DNA of 64,000 nucleotides from assembly GCA_965649765.1 (NCBI GenBank), contig OZ287758.1, forward strand, positions 36,022,001-36,086,000, in the 5' to 3' direction. The DNA comes from Bispira polyomma (taxonomy: Eukaryota). The notes beneath the pieces were generated by a model. That model ran no database searches, was not told the DNA's origin, and saw nothing but the letters and a program-made list of their open reading frames with translations. A program made the translations under genes and the position numbers. This document shows positions 60,030 to 64,000 of this stretch, in pieces. Every line of letters begins with the position of its first letter. Within the stretch, counting starts at the first letter, position 1.

Positions 60030-63000
60030 TGTATTGTAGCCTATGATCAGTTAAATGTTCATGTGACTCATACACTGCAATTGATGTTCTTTGTCGTTAT
60101 AATGAGTGTACCTACTCCAAGTTAAGACACCTTTACTGATGCCATAAATATGGCCTTTATATACCGTTGATTGCATTACACAGCAGGGGGCGACACGACA
60201 TATCACAACAGTATTATTCACATCAAACATTACATAACAATACCTAATCTATATCAAATATAACGATTTTTATCTCAAAAGATGTGCTACATATTACATA
60301 TGGGGTAAAATAACGGCAATGTTTCTTTAAAACATTATCCAGTTTAATGTCTGTGTCATGGTGTAATCTAACTGCCAATTAAAGAATAAGCACAAGTCAC
60401 ATATGCTCATATGTTATCCTTAGATTAATAAACGAGATATGATTCGAACAGAATAGTTTTGTATTATAAGTACCAAATATAACCATTGCTCAAGATCCGT
60501 TATCAAAATCATGGGTAAGTGACACCAAATATAAATGTGATTTATATCTAAACAGCAAAGCTCATCATAGGAAGAAAAGGGTAATACTTGAATACAGAGG
60601 TTTTATAGGTAAGAACAATGCACACTAAAATTAAAATTGTCTATCAAACCAATGGCATCAAGGAAATTGTCCCAATGTATTTTAGCCCCACCCTTCACAG
60701 AATCCTGTATTCGGCTGTGGGTAATTTCCGTTCTATTACACTCACCTTGACTGGTTGTGGCAACCAACACGAACGGCCCCTGTGTGGTCATGTATTTATC
60801 CATTCTTCTCAGAAGTGGTTTCTTACTGTTGGCGATTACCTTCCTCAGCACATGTGACTTGTCATAGCTCCCATAATTTACCTAGATTGCAAAAATACAT
60901 TGTGGTAACAGTAAACATATTGAATAGTGGTGCATGGCATATCCAGTTTAGCACTAAAAAAAATTGATATCGAAATGTGGACCTCATAAATATGATCAAT
61001 ATTTCAAAATCGATGTATGATGCCATAATGGGATATATCTCAGTTTATAACGTGTCATGTGATGTAGCCTAAACCAATGAAATGGTTAGATACTGAGGTG
61101 TCGTAAGTAAACTTTTGACATGAAGTTATAGAGTAACAGATGGTAACATGAAGTACCAAACAATGTTATTATTATTTTTAAAGTATATATCAGCCTCTAA
61201 GATGGTCCATTCTCTGAAAGGGATAGTCCTACAACATAGGCAATGGTGTGTTCACATCTTGTCCAAGGATTTTATCCCACCAAATAGACCTTGCCGCATT
61301 AGTACGAGTCAAAGCTGAGACCTTCTGATCAACAGACAAACTCTCTCAACTGGGAGTCAGACTGGGAGCCGAACATATAACATACATTGTAAACAACATT
61401 ACTTTGAGAAGCAGGTACTTGCCCCTCAAAAATGTAGCAATACCACTATATGGAGAAGCCTACTTTGTATACCTTTGTACTGTCCATGAGTTCTTCAATA
61501 CTAGATATGTTCAGCTCCTTCCGCACCAGAACTGCCATTGAAATCTGTAGGAAGGGTATAGTAAAGTCCACAGCCTCCTCTCGTCTATTGGTCACGGCTA
61601 GCGGTGCCATGGCAGCATCCGCTTTCTGTAAATAAAAGAAAAAATACTGTTAGTGACGCCATGGCTGCATCCGCTTTCTGTAAATAAATAAAAAACACTT
61701 TTTTTAAAATATCTCTTAGGCATCTCTTGGTGTACCATCAAAGGATGCACTTTCGGTAGAATATGAAGACAATTTGTGTCAAATCTTTTGGTCACTGCTA
61801 GTTTATCATGGCACCTTTTTTTGGAAAATTAAAAAGGCGGATTGTGTTATATGTCTTGGTCGTATGTCATGGCAGCATCCATGTTCTGTAGTTTGAAAAG
61901 ACAATTTTGGAAATATCCCTTCGTCACTGCTAGGGGTGCTATCGCAGCTTCCGCTTTCTGGAGATTAAAAATGGAAAGTTTGTGTCATATGCCTTGGACA
62001 CTGTTTGCGGCTAATGGCTTCATCCCCTTTCTCTGTATTAAAAAGACATTGAAGTTATTGAAACATTGCTTTATCAAAAATCGAGATATTAAAGAAAATG
62101 GCGAGAGAACTCAGACAAAGTTATGGCTTAAAAATGAATTATTATTTTATGATCATCCCTGATATTGGGAAAGAAAAATTACCAATACGGCTGACAATGT
62201 CACAGGTTTGAAAGAATAAAGCATATTGCAGTACCGAAATGACCTGTTTCAATGGGCCTTTGGTTCAGTAACACTGACTACCTTCCCTTGTATTGCCTGA
62301 ATTACAACTTACCCCAGTAAAGACTTCCCCTATCATTCCAGACCAGCTACCATTTTCATACAGTCTACCATACATGTTGTCCCTCACTGGCTGGAATCTG
62401 CAAAGTAGCACAGTATTGATCTGAAGCATTAGTAGAAGCCCAATTTATTTAATATTTGTTCTTATCCAGTAATTCCTCGAGAAGAGATGGTCTGGAATTT
62501 ATTATTGCTTTAAACAACAAATAACCACTTGTTTCAAATGGGCAAATTCAAATATATAATTTTTGGCCAGCCACCGGAGTAATTATTATTATAATCAGAC
62601 TTTTTGTTTATTTTTGACAATATCAAATTCCTAGGCCCAAGATTAAATGATAATTAGAATCTAAAAATCATAATTGGTGAACGAAAAAAAGATAAACAGC
62701 AATGGAGGAAATGTATCGGTAAACAAATATGTTTTTAATCAGAGATGGAAGGAATGCAAAGCAGGAGTTGTCCTGATCAAATTAGGTAAACTATTCAACA
62801 GGATCCATATTTAAAGTACAGATTCAAATACGTTGGCAGTCTTAAATGCACAATGTAGATTGAAAGGTTTACGACATGTTGGTTGATGCCTGGTGGTGCT
62901 GGGATGTGTAATTTGAAAATCCAGTCAAACTCGAGTCCAGCTGAGACTAATTGTATTGTATTATATGTTTTCAACATGTTTTATTAATTCACATAATTTT

Positions 63001-63417
63001 CTAAAGCGTAACAACCAAAATCAATGAAACAATAATTTCTGGATCATCATCAGTAGGCAATGGCGTGTTCACATCTTGCCACATCACGTTTCCCCATGAA
63101 TGAACCTACCAGCATCAGCAGGAGTTGAACCATTCACCAGACATACTTCTTTATCAGATGAGACCACGAGAGACCACAAAAATTTTGTCTGGGTTCGTAA
63201 ATCTGAGTGTACACCACTCTAGCACAGAAAATATATTTATAAACCTTTTTATTTCCCATCTATGTGCATCTATGTAAATGCATCTTATTATTTCTTACAT
63301 GTACTTGTCATACGGTTGTTCCATCACATTGTTCATTTCCTCCCACAGCTCTACCATGAACCCAGTAAACCGGAACAATCCGGTTGGGGATTGCTCTAAC
63401 ATCACGAAAGGCTCAAT
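58239..63417 (-). CDS. Pore-less iGluR-derived ligand-binding-domain protein (S1 fused to S2) with GPI-anchor-like C-terminus; 6 exons visible, 5' end outside the window
   Basis: Six GT-AG exons join in phase (873 nt; 290 aa + stop) with no internal stop. iGluR LBD motifs: EPFVM, F.GF.VEL, D.MYG, WSGMIGEV, KADAAMAPL..T..REEAVDFT.PF, ISSIEEL, V.YG, YAFI, NCDL, YSIAL.KGS, WW....C. No M1-M3 and no SYTANLAAF. Confidence 0.88.
58790..59218 (+). mobile_element. L2/CR1-group LINE 3' fragment
   Basis: HW.MPIYSRILFKIHV...PSYL remnant, family 3' UTR and (AAT)n tail; explains ORF 58798-59211. Confidence 0.8.
59595..59739 (-). CDS. iGluR-LBD protein exon (S2) GLEKVLTDDYAFIGGS...NCDL...YSIALEKGS
   Basis: ttcctctag| ... 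|gtaggg on -, 145 nt, phase 1/2. Confidence 0.9.
59750..59980 (-). mobile_element. SINE family A (sense to the iGluR-like gene), tail ending ~10 bp before an acceptor
   Basis: Reverse complement of the family sequence (gctgtcgaaagcgacgtaaaacctaactaaattc). Confidence 0.78.
59983..60027. repeat. (GT)n microsatellite
   Basis: Direct reading. Confidence 0.95.
60746..60881 (-). CDS. iGluR-LBD protein exon (S2) VNYGSYDKSHV...LVATTSQ
   Basis: caatctag| ... |gtgagt on -, 136 nt, phase 0/1. Aligns to the S2 segment IAYGT...SK...KMW.YM...FV.TT.EG. Confidence 0.88.
61473..61625 (-). CDS. iGluR-LBD protein exon spanning the S1-S2 junction: KADAAMAPL...VLVRK-ELN-ISSIEELMDSTK
   Basis: tttacag| ... aag|gtatac on -, 153 nt, phase 0/0. 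Confidence 0.88.
61590..62045 (-). repeat. Degenerate tandem array of the acceptor and 5' end of exon 61473-61625
   Basis: gccatggcagcatccgctttctgtaaataa (61606-61635) recurs at ~61658, with weaker copies at ~61735, 61800, 61866, 61937 and 62010. Confidence 0.82.
62313..62397 (-). CDS. iGluR-LBD protein exon (S1) FQPVRDNMYG...WSGMIGEVFTG
   Basis: tttgcag| ... |gtaagt on -, 85 nt, phase 2/0. Confidence 0.92.
63299..63417 (-). CDS. iGluR-LBD protein exon (S1) IEPFVML...PYDKY
   Basis: ctgtttcag| ... |gtaaga on -, 119 nt, phase 0/2. Confidence 0.88.
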
Positions 63418-63840
63418 CTGAAACAGAAACACCCACCATAAACCAATAAACTGAAACAATCTGGTTGGAGATTGCTCAAACATCCCAAAAGGCTCACTCG
63501 GAAACACATTTACTGTGTGATTAAAACACATTGCACTTTATTGCTATATCGATTGCACTCTTATCCAGTCAGATTTTTTTTTGGCTTTTGGTGGTTTGGA
63601 ATTACCAGGTTATTTCCGGGCTTTCTGAAAATAAGCCCATGCAATTATATATTTGAAAATTCACTATGCCTCAAATATCCCACAGGCTTAGATTTGGTTT
63701 AAAAAAGATTGCTCGCACATAACTGTACTTAATCTTTATCTAGAGAGTTTTCTCATTTACTTATCATTTTTTTCATTCCTATACACGTGCACAACTAATG
63801 TCCACCGTTGACTTTTAAAGCTGATAAAATGTTTCAATTT

Positions 63841-64000
63841 TACTGCCAAAGGTAAACGTGGGTTACTGCTAAATGTAAGTATGGGTCACTGCCAAATGGA
63901 AGTATGGGTCACTGCTAAATGTAAGTATAGGTCACTGCTTAATGTAAGTGTGGATCACTGCTAAATGTAAGTATAGGTCACTGTTAAATGTAAGTGTGGG
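63841..64000. repeat. Minisatellite, 23-bp unit (tgggtcactgctaaatgtaagta), about 7 copies, runs off the window
   Basis: actgc recurs at 63842, 63865, 63888 and onward. Confidence 0.92.

Noticed and set aside
60882-61472. Possible hidden M1-M3 exons in this intron
   Set aside because: The start of S2 is already encoded upstream in the same exon as the end of S1. The 591-bp intron holds a SINE remnant and no SYTANLAAF or hydrophobic frame that I could find.
63841-64000. 23-bp minisatellite as an echo of the missing upstream iGluR exon (minus strand can read LHLAVT)
   Set aside because: The unit length is not a multiple of 3 and the upstream exon is outside the window, so this cannot be supported.

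Overview
Eukaryotic genomic DNA from an animal, probably an invertebrate: AT-rich, with GT-AG introns and dense SINE, LINE and MITE relics. Three main components. (1) A degenerate tyrosine-recombinase retrotransposon (DIRS order, Ngaro-type gag/RT/RNase H/YR) at about 1715-7306, possibly starting near 482. It has unusual termini and an apparent in-frame splice that would make a Gag-YR fusion. (2) A 17-exon GABA-B-receptor-like class C GPCR on the + strand (21381-53708, 784 aa visible; first exon not found in the window). (3) A convergent, 6-exon-visible gene on the - strand (58239-63417, 290 aa visible; 5' end outside the window) derived from ionotropic glutamate receptors. In it, S1 is joined directly to S2 inside one exon, so M1/M2/M3 (the whole channel pore) are absent. 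M4 is replaced by a GPI-anchor-like C-terminal signal, and key glutamate-binding residues are changed. This predicts a pore-less, probably GPI-anchored iGluR ligand-binding protein, conceptually like AChBP for nicotinic receptors, and is the strongest candidate for a novel system here. Both host genes also show many local duplications of exon borders ('splice-site echoes'). Exons were assembled by eye from splice consensus, phase continuity and protein motifs. No database searches were run, and reference residue numbers are from memory.
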